The notes under the pieces are model-generated. The model was given only the letters and a program-made list of their open reading frames with translations. It was not told where the DNA came from and did no database searches. Source: Acidimicrobiales bacterium (GTDB lineage: Bacteria; Actinomycetota; Acidimicrobiia; Acidimicrobiales; SZUA-35). From it: a stretch of DNA of 64,000 nucleotides. This document shows positions 40,095 to 49,035 of the stretch, one piece after another. The translations under genes and the position numbers were made by a program. Position 1 is the first letter of the stretch, and every line of letters begins with the position of its first letter. The stretch covers positions 52,591 through 116,590 of the forward strand of contig JAHDCV010000001.1 of the NCBI GenBank assembly GCA_020629695.1, in the 5' to 3' direction.

Positions 40095-41909
40095 ATGACA
40101 CTCGACCACATCACGTCCCCCGCCGACCTCCGCTCGCTCGACCGTTCGCAGCTCGACGCGCTGTGTGCCGAGATCCGCCAGCTGATCGTCGACACGGTGA
40201 ACGCCAACGGTGGCCATCTCGGCTCCAACCTGGGCGCGGTCGAGCTCACGGTGGCGCTCCACCGGGTGTTCGACTCGCCGAGGGACCCGATCCTGTGGGA
40301 CACCGGCCACCAGACCTACCCCCACAAGCTGCTGACCGGCCGCACGCCGGAGTTCGCCGGGTTGCGACAGACCGGCGGGCTGTCGGGCTACCCGTCACAG
40401 AACGAGTCGGATCACGACTGGATCGAGAACTCGCACGCGTCGACGGTGCTGTCCTACGCCCATGGCCTGGCCACGGCCTTCGAGTCCGCCGGTCAGGACC
40501 GACGCGTCGTTGCCGTCCTGGGCGACGGCTCCCTCACCGGCGGGATGGCGTTCGAGGGGCTGAACAACCTCGGCCACTCCGGTTCGAATTGCACGATCGT
40601 GTTGAACGACAACGGCCGCTCCTACGCCCCGACCGTCGGCAAGCTCTCCGAGAGCCTGGTCAAGATCCGCTCCAACCCGGTCTACATGGATCGTCAGCGC
40701 AAGATGGAAGCCCTCGCCGAGAAGGTCCCCGTCGTCGGCAAGCTCGCACCCCTCGGCATCCGCTCATCGAAGGCCGCGATCCGCGAGGCGTTCCAGCCGC
40801 AGGCCTTCTTCGAACCCCTCGGCATCCGATACATGGGCCCCTACGACGGCCACGACATCGCCGAACTCGAGACCGCACTCGCCAACGCGGCGGAGTTCGA
40901 CGGGCCGGTCCTGGTCCACGTCATGACCCAGAAGGGTCGCGGCTACGCCCCCGCCGAGAATGATCCGATCAAGAACATGCACGACATGGGCGGCATCAAG
41001 CCCGGTTCGTACACGGCGGCGTTCACCGAAGCGCTCATCAAGCTCGGCGAATCGCACCCCGATGTGGTCGCGATCACCGCCGCCATGCCGGATTCCACCG
41101 GTGTGCTGCAGTTCGGGGAACGCTTCCCCGACCGTTGCTTCGACGTCGGCATCGCCGAGCAACACGCCGTGACGTCGGCGGCCGGGATGGCCATGGGCGG
41201 ACTCCGGCCGGTGGTCGCGCTCTATTCGACGTTCCTCACGCGGGCCATCGATCAGGTCAATCTCGACGTCGCCCTCCACGGCCAGCCGGTGATCTTCTGC
41301 CTCGACCGCGCCGGCATCACCGGCTCCGACGGGGCGAGCCACAACGGGGTCCTCGACATGGTGCTGCTGTCGAAGGTGCCCGGCATGACGATCTTCGCGC
41401 CCTCGAGCTACGAGGAGCTCGGGCAGATGCTCATCGACGCCTACGAACTCGACGGCCCGTCGGCCATCCGGTGGTCGAAGACCGCCGCCCCCTCCGTCAC
41501 CGACGACCACGTCGGGCGCGGGCTGCGGGCCCGCAAGGTCCGCAACGGTTCACGGGTCTGCCTGATCGGGGTCGGCAATCTGTTGGCATCGGCCGAAGCC
41601 GCCGCCGACCTCCTCGTCGCCGATGGTGTCGACGCCACCGTCTGGGACCCACGCGTGGTCGCCCCGCTCGACGAGGCCATGATCGCCGACGCCGCGCGCC
41701 ACGACGTCGTCGTGACCGTCGAGGACGGCCTCCGGGCCGGCGGCATCGGGTCGTCGATCATCGACGCGCTCGGCGCAGCGTCGTGCCGGGCCGCGGCGAT
41801 CGGTGTGCCGACGGAGTTCCTCGACCACGGCGACGTCGGCGAGATCCACGCCCGTCTCGGCATGGACGGTCCCGGCGTGGCGGCGACCGTCCGATCCTTG
41901 CTGGACTGA
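40095..41909 (+). CDS. dxs: 1-deoxy-D-xylulose-5-phosphate synthase
   Basis: GGHLGSNLG, WDTGHQ, GDGSLTGG..LNDN, DVGIAEQH, YSTFL, DRAG. Confidence 0.96.
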   Translation: MTLDHITSPADLRSLDRSQLDALCAEIRQLIVDTVNANGGHLGSNLGAVELTVALHRVFDSPRDPILWDTGHQTYPHKLLTGRTPEFAGLRQTGGLSGYPSQNESDHDWIENSHASTVLSYAHGLATAFESAGQDRRVVAVLGDGSLTGGMAFEGLNNLGHSGSNCTIVLNDNGRSYAPTVGKLSESLVKIRSNPVYMDRQRKMEALAEKVPVVGKLAPLGIRSSKAAIREAFQPQAFFEPLGIRYMGPYDGHDIAELETALANAAEFDGPVLVHVMTQKGRGYAPAENDPIKNMHDMGGIKPGSYTAAFTEALIKLGESHPDVVAITAAMPDSTGVLQFGERFPDRCFDVGIAEQHAVTSAAGMAMGGLRPVVALYSTFLTRAIDQVNLDVALHGQPVIFCLDRAGITGSDGASHNGVLDMVLLSKVPGMTIFAPSSYEELGQMLIDAYELDGPSAIRWSKTAAPSVTDDHVGRGLRARKVRNGSRVCLIGVGNLLASAEAAADLLVADGVDATVWDPRVVAPLDEAMIADAARHDVVVTVEDGLRAGGIGSSIIDALGAASCRAAAIGVPTEFLDHGDVGEIHARLGMDGPGVAATVRSLLD

Positions 41910-41928
41910 CGGCCCGAACGACGGACGG

Positions 41929-43296
41929 TCAGTTCGGGGCGAGCACGCCGCGCGCCATCTCGGTGTAGCTGTCGAGCTGGTCCGAGAGCGCCTCGGACGA
42001 GGCGGGTTTGCCGAAGCGGTACCCCTGGGCCAGATCGACGGCGGTCGAGCGGAGGACCTCCGCCTGTGCATCGGTCTCGACTCCTTCGGCCACGACGTAA
42101 CAACCGAGGTCGTGGGCCAACCGGGTCAACCCGTTCACGAGGATCCGATCCTCGTCGGCGAGGCCGAGGCCTCCGATCAGGACACGGGGCAGACGGACCA
42201 CGTCGAAGCGGCAGCGCCGCAGCAGGTCGGCCGAACCGAAGCCCAGGCCGAAGTCCTCCAGGGCGATACCGACACCTTCGGTCTTGAGCGGGGCGAGCAC
42301 CGGCCAGAGGCTGGCGATGTGGGGTCCGGCGGTCCGACCGTTCAGGTCGAGCAGGAGCTGGGTCGGCCGGAGGCCGTACTGGTCGAGCACGCTCAGCACC
42401 TGGGTCCGGAACTCCGGCGACAGGACGAACCCGACGTCCAGGTTGATCGCCCCGAGCAGGCTCGGGTTGCCGAGCCGGCGGGACCAGACGCTGATCTGGG
42501 CCGCGGTCTCACGCAGGATCCACAGATGCAGTGGGACCGAGACGGGGGACGAGCGCAGCACATCGAGGAAGGCGCCGGGGCGCACCAGTTCGGCACCGAG
42601 CGGACCACCGTCGGGATCGAGCCATCGGAGCATCGACTCGAAGCCGATGATCGTGCCGGACGTCATCGAGACGATCGGTTGGAAGTGCAGCTGGAACTCG
42701 TGGTTGTCGAACGCTCGCTGGAGGCGCACGGCCATCACCTCGGGGCGAGCGCGGAACGACAGGGTGTCCAGCCGGACGGCGACTTTGTCGCCGTCGCTGT
42801 AGCGGGCCTCGGCGAGCGAGCTCTCCGCATCGAGCATGAGGTCGCGGTGCGTCGCGTCGGGGGACGAGGACACCCCGCCGATGGCCAGGGTGATCGGCAC
42901 ACTGAAGCCGTCGAACGGCATCAACGGCGGCACGACGGCGAGCATCTCGTTGGCGACCTTGCGGACTTCCTCGGTCGTCAGCAGGCCCGGCCAGCAGACC
43001 GCGATCTCCGACCCGACGTATCGGGCGACGGTGCCGCGCCCGCCGATCGTCCTGACGAGCGCGTCGCTCAGACGCTGGAGTACGGAGTCACCGACGGCCG
43101 AGCCGTAGGCGGTGTTGATCTGTGCGAGGTTCGAGATCCCGATGAGGAACACCCCGAACCGGTCGCCGTTGCGACGCGTCCGGTGCAGCTCCTCCTCGAT
43201 CAACGCCTCGAACTGCCACCGATCCGGAAGGCCGGTGAGTGGGTCGAGCGTCTGCTCGATGGTCTCGTTGTCCTGTTCAGTGGGTCGACGGAACAC
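41929..43296 (-). CDS. GGDEF-EAL protein with degenerate motifs
   Basis: DPLTGLP, RYVGSEI, GFESMLRW, EDFGLG, AEGVET. Confidence 0.88.
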   Translation of the reverse strand: MFRRPTEQDNETIEQTLDPLTGLPDRWQFEALIEEELHRTRRNGDRFGVFLIGISNLAQINTAYGSAVGDSVLQRLSDALVRTIGGRGTVARYVGSEIAVCWPGLLTTEEVRKVANEMLAVVPPLMPFDGFSVPITLAIGGVSSSPDATHRDLMLDAESSLAEARYSDGDKVAVRLDTLSFRARPEVMAVRLQRAFDNHEFQLHFQPIVSMTSGTIIGFESMLRWLDPDGGPLGAELVRPGAFLDVLRSSPVSVPLHLWILRETAAQISVWSRRLGNPSLLGAINLDVGFVLSPEFRTQVLSVLDQYGLRPTQLLLDLNGRTAGPHIASLWPVLAPLKTEGVGIALEDFGLGFGSADLLRRCRFDVVRLPRVLIGGLGLADEDRILVNGLTRLAHDLGCYVVAEGVETDAQAEVLRSTAVDLAQGYRFGKPASSEALSDQLDSYTEMARGVLAPN

Positions 43297-43325
43297 CGCG
43301 ATCTCCGATCATCGTTCCGACACCC

Positions 43326-43351
43326 ATCGGCGCCGGCCGGTCCGAGCTGAG
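43326..43351 (-). promoter_or_regulatory. putative FliA/WhiG (sigma28)-type promoter
   Basis: CTCA-N16-GCCGAT about 30 nt upstream of the start. Confidence 0.5.
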
Positions 43352-43443
43352 TCGACAACTCGTCCGATGTCGGAGTCTTCGGGCCGAACGATGCTCGACT
43401 TGATGGGCCGGCTGACCCAGGGCGGCGCGCGCCCGACCACGGA

Positions 43444-44289
43444 TCAGACGGTTTTGCCGCCCAGCGCTCCCTCGCCATCGGAGGCCTTGCGGCGCTCCCG
43501 CAACAGGACTTCCTGCGTCACGGATGCGACGTGCACCCCATCGGAGTCGAAGATCGTGCCGACGGTCAGGCCGCGGGCACCCACGAGCCCGTGGGAGACC
43601 ACATCGGCCAGCAGCCACGTTCCCGGGTCCACCGGCCGCTGGAAGTAGATGCTGTGATCGAGGCTCGCCCCCATGAAGACCTTGTGGGTCTCCGACCTGG
43701 GCACCTGCACGGGATGGGCCGAACGAGCCGCTCCCGTCGGAACCGAATCCGAGATGAACGCCAGTGCGCACGCGGCGAGCTGGCCGTGCGGGTCGGGACC
43801 GAGGTCGCTCGTGAGCCGCATCCAGGTCTGGACTCGTCCCGGCTCCGAGCGCGCGAGCCGGCGATCCAGCATGTTCCCCCAGCCGAAGTCGGGCAGCCCG
43901 TCCGGGCCCGGCAGGTCCGCCGGCGGCGACATGGTCGTGACGTCCGCCGCGTCCTCGTCGGTCTGGAACGACGTCGACATGTTGAGGATCGCACCGTTCG
44001 ACTGCCGAGCCACGACCCGTCGGGTGGTGAACGATCGTCCGTTGCGGATCCGATCGACCTCGAACCGAACGGGCTCGGAGGAGGTCCCGCCGCGGATGAA
44101 GTAGCTGTGCAACGAATGGCAGCGTGCGGCGGGATCGACGGTCAGCTGCGCGGCCCGGAGCGCCTGGGCCACGACCTGACCACCGAACAGACGCCCCCAG
44201 GGATAGACCGGGGCGAGACCGACATAGGTGTCGGGTCCGTGGGGCTCGAGATCGAAGAGTTCGGCGGCGGTGAGGTCCGAGATGAACAC
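43444..44289 (-). CDS. acyl-CoA thioesterase II (TesB family)
   Basis: RLFGGQVVAQAL, HSLHSYF, RNGRSFTTRRV, ASLDHSIYF, QE. Confidence 0.9.
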   Translation of the reverse strand: MFISDLTAAELFDLEPHGPDTYVGLAPVYPWGRLFGGQVVAQALRAAQLTVDPAARCHSLHSYFIRGGTSSEPVRFEVDRIRNGRSFTTRRVVARQSNGAILNMSTSFQTDEDAADVTTMSPPADLPGPDGLPDFGWGNMLDRRLARSEPGRVQTWMRLTSDLGPDPHGQLAACALAFISDSVPTGAARSAHPVQVPRSETHKVFMGASLDHSIYFQRPVDPGTWLLADVVSHGLVGARGLTVGTIFDSDGVHVASVTQEVLLRERRKASDGEGALGGKTV

Positions 44290-44353
44290 GGTCGTGATGA
44301 TGTCACGACCGACGGGGCGATCGAAACGTGACGCGTCGGGAGGTGCAGCTCGC

Positions 44354-44716
44354 TCAGCCGTCGACGGCGTGGCGGCGGAGTTCGTCGAGCGAGACCCACT
44401 CGAGGGTCCGGGCGTGAGTGGCGGCCAACACCACGGCGGGAGCGGACCCCGCTTCGTACGCCTCCGCCCAGCGGCTGGCGCAGAGGCACCAGCGGTCACC
44501 GGGGCGGAGGCCGGCGAAACCGTATTCGGGGCGGGGTGTCGACAGGTCGTTGCCACGGGACGCCGAGAAGCTCAGGAATTCCGCCGTCACCTCCGCACAG
44601 ACGGTGTGCACACCCGCGTCCTCGGAGCCGGTGTTGCAGCACCCGTCCCGGTAGAACCCGGTCATCGGGTCGATCGAGCACACGATCAGGTCGTCACCGA
44701 GCACGTTCTTGGCCAT
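44354..44716 (-). CDS. DUF2237 family protein
   Basis: NVLG..CS.DP.TGFYRDGCC, GNDLSTP, GDRWCLCASRW. Confidence 0.92.
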   Translation of the reverse strand: MAKNVLGDDLIVCSIDPMTGFYRDGCCNTGSEDAGVHTVCAEVTAEFLSFSASRGNDLSTPRPEYGFAGLRPGDRWCLCASRWAEAYEAGSAPAVVLAATHARTLEWVSLDELRRHAVDG

Positions 44717-44822
44717 GGTTGCATTGTGCGGTGTGCCGGTCCGTCCGGTCCATCCAGGAGACGTGACATCTCACCAGCGTCGCCGCGCCCGCGATCACCG
44801 ATCCAGGGGTCATGATGGGGCC

Positions 44823-46025
44823 ATGCGGGGAAAGCACCGAACCGGACGGCGTGCCGCGGGCGCGGCGATGGTGACGACGGCCCTGCTTCTGGCCGCCTGT
44901 AGCGCCGCCGACGGTGCCGACGTGGACGTGGCCGTCGCGACCTCCTCCCCACCGACGGTTCCCGAGACCGTGGCACCGACGTCGTCGACCTCGACCACGA
45001 CCGAACCGTCGACGACCACGACCGAACCCACGACCACCACGGCACCGCCGAACTTCGCCGACACCTATGAACTCGCCGCCTCCGGGGTCTTCCGGGTGGA
45101 CGCGACGTTCTGCTCCGGATTCGGATCGCAGGGCACGGCGTTCCGTGTCGGCGAGGACCTCGTCCTCTCGGCGGCGCACGTGACCTCCGACGCCGACATC
45201 GCCGCCCTGAGCCGCGACGACGGCACACGCTTCGACGCTGACGTGGTCGCGATCGACTATCTGGCCGACCTCGTCCTGCTCCGGGTCGCCGACGGCCTCG
45301 ACGGCCATGTCTTCGAGGTCGGCGACGACGGGATCCGCGTCGGTGACGAGGTCGCCGCACTCGGCCATCCCTCGGGCCTTCCGCTGACCTTCACCTCGGG
45401 CCGGTTGAGCCGGATCGGCGCCTTCTCCGGCGACATCCGGAACCATCAGACCGACACACCGATCAACCCCGGCAACTCGGGCGGGCCGCTGATCGACGAG
45501 TCGGGCCGCGTACTCGGGGTCGCGAGCTGGAAGCTGTTCGACACCGAAGGGCTGTCGTTCGTGGTCGCCGCCGACGAGATCCTCGAGTTCGTGTCCGAGC
45601 AGCCGGCGGCCGATCTCGAGTTCGTCGGATGTCGCCAGTTCGAACTCGACCCGACCGATCTCCTGGCCGTGGTGGAGACGCGGTTCGTGGAGTACTTCGA
45701 TCTGATCAACGCCGGCCGGGAGGGCGACGCCTTCGACGGCTATCTGTCGCAGCGGCTGACCGACGTGCAGAGCCGGGAACAGTTCGTGCTGGATCACTCC
45801 ACGACGATCATCAGCAACCTCGAGGTGTGGTCGGTCTGGGAGATCGACGAGGACACCGCCGGTGCGCTGGTGGCGTTCCGGTCGGAGCAGTCGGCCGAGT
45901 TCGGGTTCGAGGGTCAGACCTGCACGGACTGGTCGCTGAGCTATCGCCTCGTCGCATCCGACATCGGCTGGCTCATCGACAGCGCGACCAACGAGCCGGG
46001 CAGTCCAGCGGCCTGCCCCGCCTGA
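44823..46025 (+). CDS. trypsin-like serine protease lipoprotein
   Basis: Lipobox LAAC, Thr linker, SAAHV, DLVLL, GNSGGP; extra C-terminal domain. Confidence 0.88.
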   Translation: MRGKHRTGRRAAGAAMVTTALLLAACSAADGADVDVAVATSSPPTVPETVAPTSSTSTTTEPSTTTTEPTTTTAPPNFADTYELAASGVFRVDATFCSGFGSQGTAFRVGEDLVLSAAHVTSDADIAALSRDDGTRFDADVVAIDYLADLVLLRVADGLDGHVFEVGDDGIRVGDEVAALGHPSGLPLTFTSGRLSRIGAFSGDIRNHQTDTPINPGNSGGPLIDESGRVLGVASWKLFDTEGLSFVVAADEILEFVSEQPAADLEFVGCRQFELDPTDLLAVVETRFVEYFDLINAGREGDAFDGYLSQRLTDVQSREQFVLDHSTTIISNLEVWSVWEIDEDTAGALVAFRSEQSAEFGFEGQTCTDWSLSYRLVASDIGWLIDSATNEPGSPAACPA

Positions 46026-46141
46026 AACCGGCTCGCAACAACACCGAGCCGGGCAGTCCAGCGGCCTGCCCCGCCTGAAACCGGCTCGCAACAACACCGA
46101 GCCGGGCAGTCCAGCGGCCTGCCCCGCCTGAAACCGGCTCG
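45992..46141. repeat. 53-bp-period tandem repeat, three palindromic 44-bp cores
   Basis: CGAGCCGG..CCGGCTCG cores start at 45992, 46045 and 46098, joined by identical CAACAACAC. Confidence 0.95.
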
Positions 46142-46155
46142 TCGTGGGTGATCCC

Positions 46156-46335
46156 TCAGGCTTTGAGCGCGACGAGCGCCTCGCGTACGGGCACGGGCTG
46201 GCCGTCAGCGAGGAACTGGACGTTGCCGTTCTTGAGCATCTCGGCCTGCTCGTCCCGGGTGAGCATCTTCCATTCGAGGATGGAGCCCAGCACGAACCCT
46301 CCCTGTCGGCGGAAGGCCACCTGGTCGACGGTCAC
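46156..46335 (-). CDS. 59-aa hypothetical protein coupled to amt
   Basis: GTG overlaps the amt TGA (GTGA); MTVDQVAFRRQGGFVLGSILEWKMLTRDEQAEMLKNGNVQFLADGQPVPVREALVALKA; GC-rich third positions; not in the ORF track. Confidence 0.7.
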   Translation of the reverse strand: MTVDQVAFRRQGGFVLGSILEWKMLTRDEQAEMLKNGNVQFLADGQPVPVREALVALKA

Positions 46336-47600
46336 AGAAGTGCTTCCAACTCATCCGAGGTGAGCACTTCGCGCTCCGCCTCACGTTCGACTCGGTTGGC
46401 GATGCTCGAGCCACGCAGCTCTTCGTTGGGCGAGACCCGCAAGCCGAGGAAGCGACGGAGGAGGCCGGCGACGATCAGGCCGCTGATGATCACGAACCCG
46501 CCCGAGGCGAGCAGACCGACGACCTGGATCTGGATCTGATAGAGGAAGCCGTTGTCGAATGTTCCGGCCGGAGCCACGAACGGCACGGCGAGCGTGCCGA
46601 GGCTTCCGGCGACGAGGTGCACGGGGATCGCGTTGAGGGCGTCGTCGACCTTGGCGGTGTTGAGCAGCCAGTTCGAGGAGATCATGTAGACCGCACCGGC
46701 GACCCCGCCGAGGACGATGGCTCGGGGCACGGTGGCGACATCCGCACTCGCGGTGATGGAGACGAGGCCGGACAACGCTCCGCCCACCATGGGGTCGATC
46801 ATGTCGGTGCGGCGGCCCTGTCGGGCCCATGCCCAGAAGAAGGCGCCGACCAGACCGGCACAGGCAGACAGGTTGGTCACGAGGATGATCCGTGGCACCG
46901 ACGCGCTGAGTGCGAGCGTCGATGCACCGTTGAACCCGAACCAACCGAGCCACAGCAGCATCGTGCCCAACACGGTGAGCGACGGGTTGGTCTGCTCGAA
47001 GTCGCGGGGCACACCGTCGGAGGAGAAGCGGCCGAGGCGGGGACCGACCATCAACACACCGACGAGGGCGAAGGCGCCACCCGTGACGTGCACGACGGTC
47101 GAGCCGGCGAAGTCATAGAACCCGAGCGCCGCGAGGAAGCCGACCGACTCACCCGACAGCAGCCCACCCCACGTCCAGTGACCGACGATCGGGTAGACGA
47201 TCGCACCGAGGGTGAGGGTCAGGATGACGTAGCTGGAGAACGAGATGCGCTCCACGAGCGAACCGGACACGATCGTGGCGGTGGTGCCGGCGAAGGCGAG
47301 CTGGAACACCATGAAGGTGTACGGGTTGATCGACCCTTCGGCGGTGGCGATCCCGTCGAGCGCACCGAAGAAGTTGGAGAGTCCGATCAGCCCACCGACG
47401 GAGTCGCCGAACATCAGGGCGAAACCGAACATCGAATACACGAGACCGACCAACGCCCAGTCGATCGCGTTCTTCATGGCGACAGCCACGGCATGGGCTG
47501 GCCGGGCCTGTCCGACTTCGAAGAGCAGGAAGCCCGGCTGCATGAGGAACACCAGCACAGCGCCCGTGAGCACCCAGAGGTCGTCGGAAGTCAGCTCCAT
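46332..47600 (-). CDS. amt: ammonium transporter (Amt family)
   Basis: MQPGF, FQLAFA, HWTWGG, DFAGSTVVH, WFGFNGAS, DDALNAIPVH, LRVSPNEE. Confidence 0.95.
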   Translation of the reverse strand: MELTSDDLWVLTGAVLVFLMQPGFLLFEVGQARPAHAVAVAMKNAIDWALVGLVYSMFGFALMFGDSVGGLIGLSNFFGALDGIATAEGSINPYTFMVFQLAFAGTTATIVSGSLVERISFSSYVILTLTLGAIVYPIVGHWTWGGLLSGESVGFLAALGFYDFAGSTVVHVTGGAFALVGVLMVGPRLGRFSSDGVPRDFEQTNPSLTVLGTMLLWLGWFGFNGASTLALSASVPRIILVTNLSACAGLVGAFFWAWARQGRRTDMIDPMVGGALSGLVSITASADVATVPRAIVLGGVAGAVYMISSNWLLNTAKVDDALNAIPVHLVAGSLGTLAVPFVAPAGTFDNGFLYQIQIQVVGLLASGGFVIISGLIVAGLLRRFLGLRVSPNEELRGSSIANRVEREAEREVLTSDELEALL

Positions 47601-47610
47601 GGCTCTGCCC

Positions 47611-47637
47611 ATCGGCACAATCGATCCCGAGTTTGAG
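47611..47637 (-). promoter_or_regulatory. putative FliA/WhiG (sigma28)-type promoter of amt
   Basis: CTCA-N17-GCCGAT, 10 nt upstream of the ATG. Confidence 0.55.
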
Positions 47638-47738
47638 TGGCTTTTCTGCCGGACCGACGGATCATCACGAACTCGGTGCGGCGGGCCGTCCGCCGGTCGA
47701 GACTTACGAAGTAAGGCGAGATGATCTACGTTGTGGGC

Positions 47739-48953
47739 ATGACGATCGAACGAACGCCCGTCGAGAACTGGGCGACCGACTTCGATCACGTCGATCCGGC
47801 GTGGTCGAAGGACCCATATCCCATCTGGGACGAGCTCCGGACGACGTGCCCGATGGCGCATTCGGAGCGCTACGGCGGGACGTGGCTCCCGACCACGCAC
47901 GAGCTGGTGCACGCGATCGCCTACGACACCGAGAACTACACCTCCCGCGGCGTGATCGTGTCACCCGAGCAGCCCGAGGCTCCCGCCCCGGTGGGCCCGG
48001 CGCCACCCATCACCTCCGATCCGCCGTTCCACCAGATCGCCCGCCGGCTCTTGCTGCCCGCGTTCGCTCCGAAGGCCATCGAGCGGTGGCGCCCGTACAC
48101 CGTCGAGCTCTGCGCACGGTTGCTCGACGACATCGAGGCCAAGGTCGCCGCCGGCGAACCCGTCGATGCGGCCATCGACTACACCCAGCACATCCCGGTG
48201 GGTGTCATCGCCGGCATGTTGGGCCTCCCGGAAGAAGACGGTCCCACCTTCCGGGGTTTCATCCACCGGATCATCGAAGACATCGGCGAACACGGCAACG
48301 AGGTCGCTGAAGAGGACTCGATCGACGCCTACCTCGACGCTGCGATCGAGGCACATCTCGCCGACCCACAGGACAATCTCCTCGAGTACCTCCTCAACGT
48401 CGAGATCGAGGGCATGAAGCTCCAACCGGAGCACGTCCGTGGCACGGTGATCCTGCTGATCATCGCCGGCATCGACACGACGTGGTCGGCGATCGGCTCG
48501 ATGCTGTGGCATCTCGCGCAGCACCCCGACGACACGCGGCGCCTCGTCGCCGACCCGGGCCTCCGTCCGATGGCGATCGAGGAGTTCCTCCGCGCCTACG
48601 GCCCGGTGACGATGGCCCGCATCGTGGCGAAGGATCACGAGCAGGGTGGCCGTCAGTTGACCGCCGGCGACTGGGTCCTCCTCCCCTTCCCCGCCGCGAA
48701 CCGGGACCCCGCCGAGTTCGAGGACGCCGACCGGGTGATCATCGACCGGAAGGTCAACCGGCACTCGGCGTTCGGGCTCGGCATCCACCGCTGCATCGGG
48801 TCGAACCTCGCCCGGATGGAGATGGCCGTCGCGCTCGACACCTGGCTCGATCGCTTCGGCAGCGCGTTCTCGTTGTCGGACCCCGACGCCGTGACCTGGT
48901 CGAGCGGCCAGGTCCGTGGCCCGCGGTCGATGCCGATGGTGATCGGCGCCTGA
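47739..48953 (+). CDS. cytochrome P450
   Basis: DPPFH, AGIDTT, EEFLR, FGLGIHRCIG. Confidence 0.96.
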   Translation: MTIERTPVENWATDFDHVDPAWSKDPYPIWDELRTTCPMAHSERYGGTWLPTTHELVHAIAYDTENYTSRGVIVSPEQPEAPAPVGPAPPITSDPPFHQIARRLLLPAFAPKAIERWRPYTVELCARLLDDIEAKVAAGEPVDAAIDYTQHIPVGVIAGMLGLPEEDGPTFRGFIHRIIEDIGEHGNEVAEEDSIDAYLDAAIEAHLADPQDNLLEYLLNVEIEGMKLQPEHVRGTVILLIIAGIDTTWSAIGSMLWHLAQHPDDTRRLVADPGLRPMAIEEFLRAYGPVTMARIVAKDHEQGGRQLTAGDWVLLPFPAANRDPAEFEDADRVIIDRKVNRHSAFGLGIHRCIGSNLARMEMAVALDTWLDRFGSAFSLSDPDAVTWSSGQVRGPRSMPMVIGA

Positions 48954-49035
48954 GCGGCATCGGGACCGTCCCGGGTGTGCACATCGGCGCGACGAACCTG
49001 CACACTTCGCCGTCTCACCGACGGCGGACGACGGA

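Noticed and set aside
45992-46141. Palindromic repeats as a mini CRISPR array
   Set aside because: The linkers are identical and only 9 bp, the first copy is coding, and there are no cas genes.
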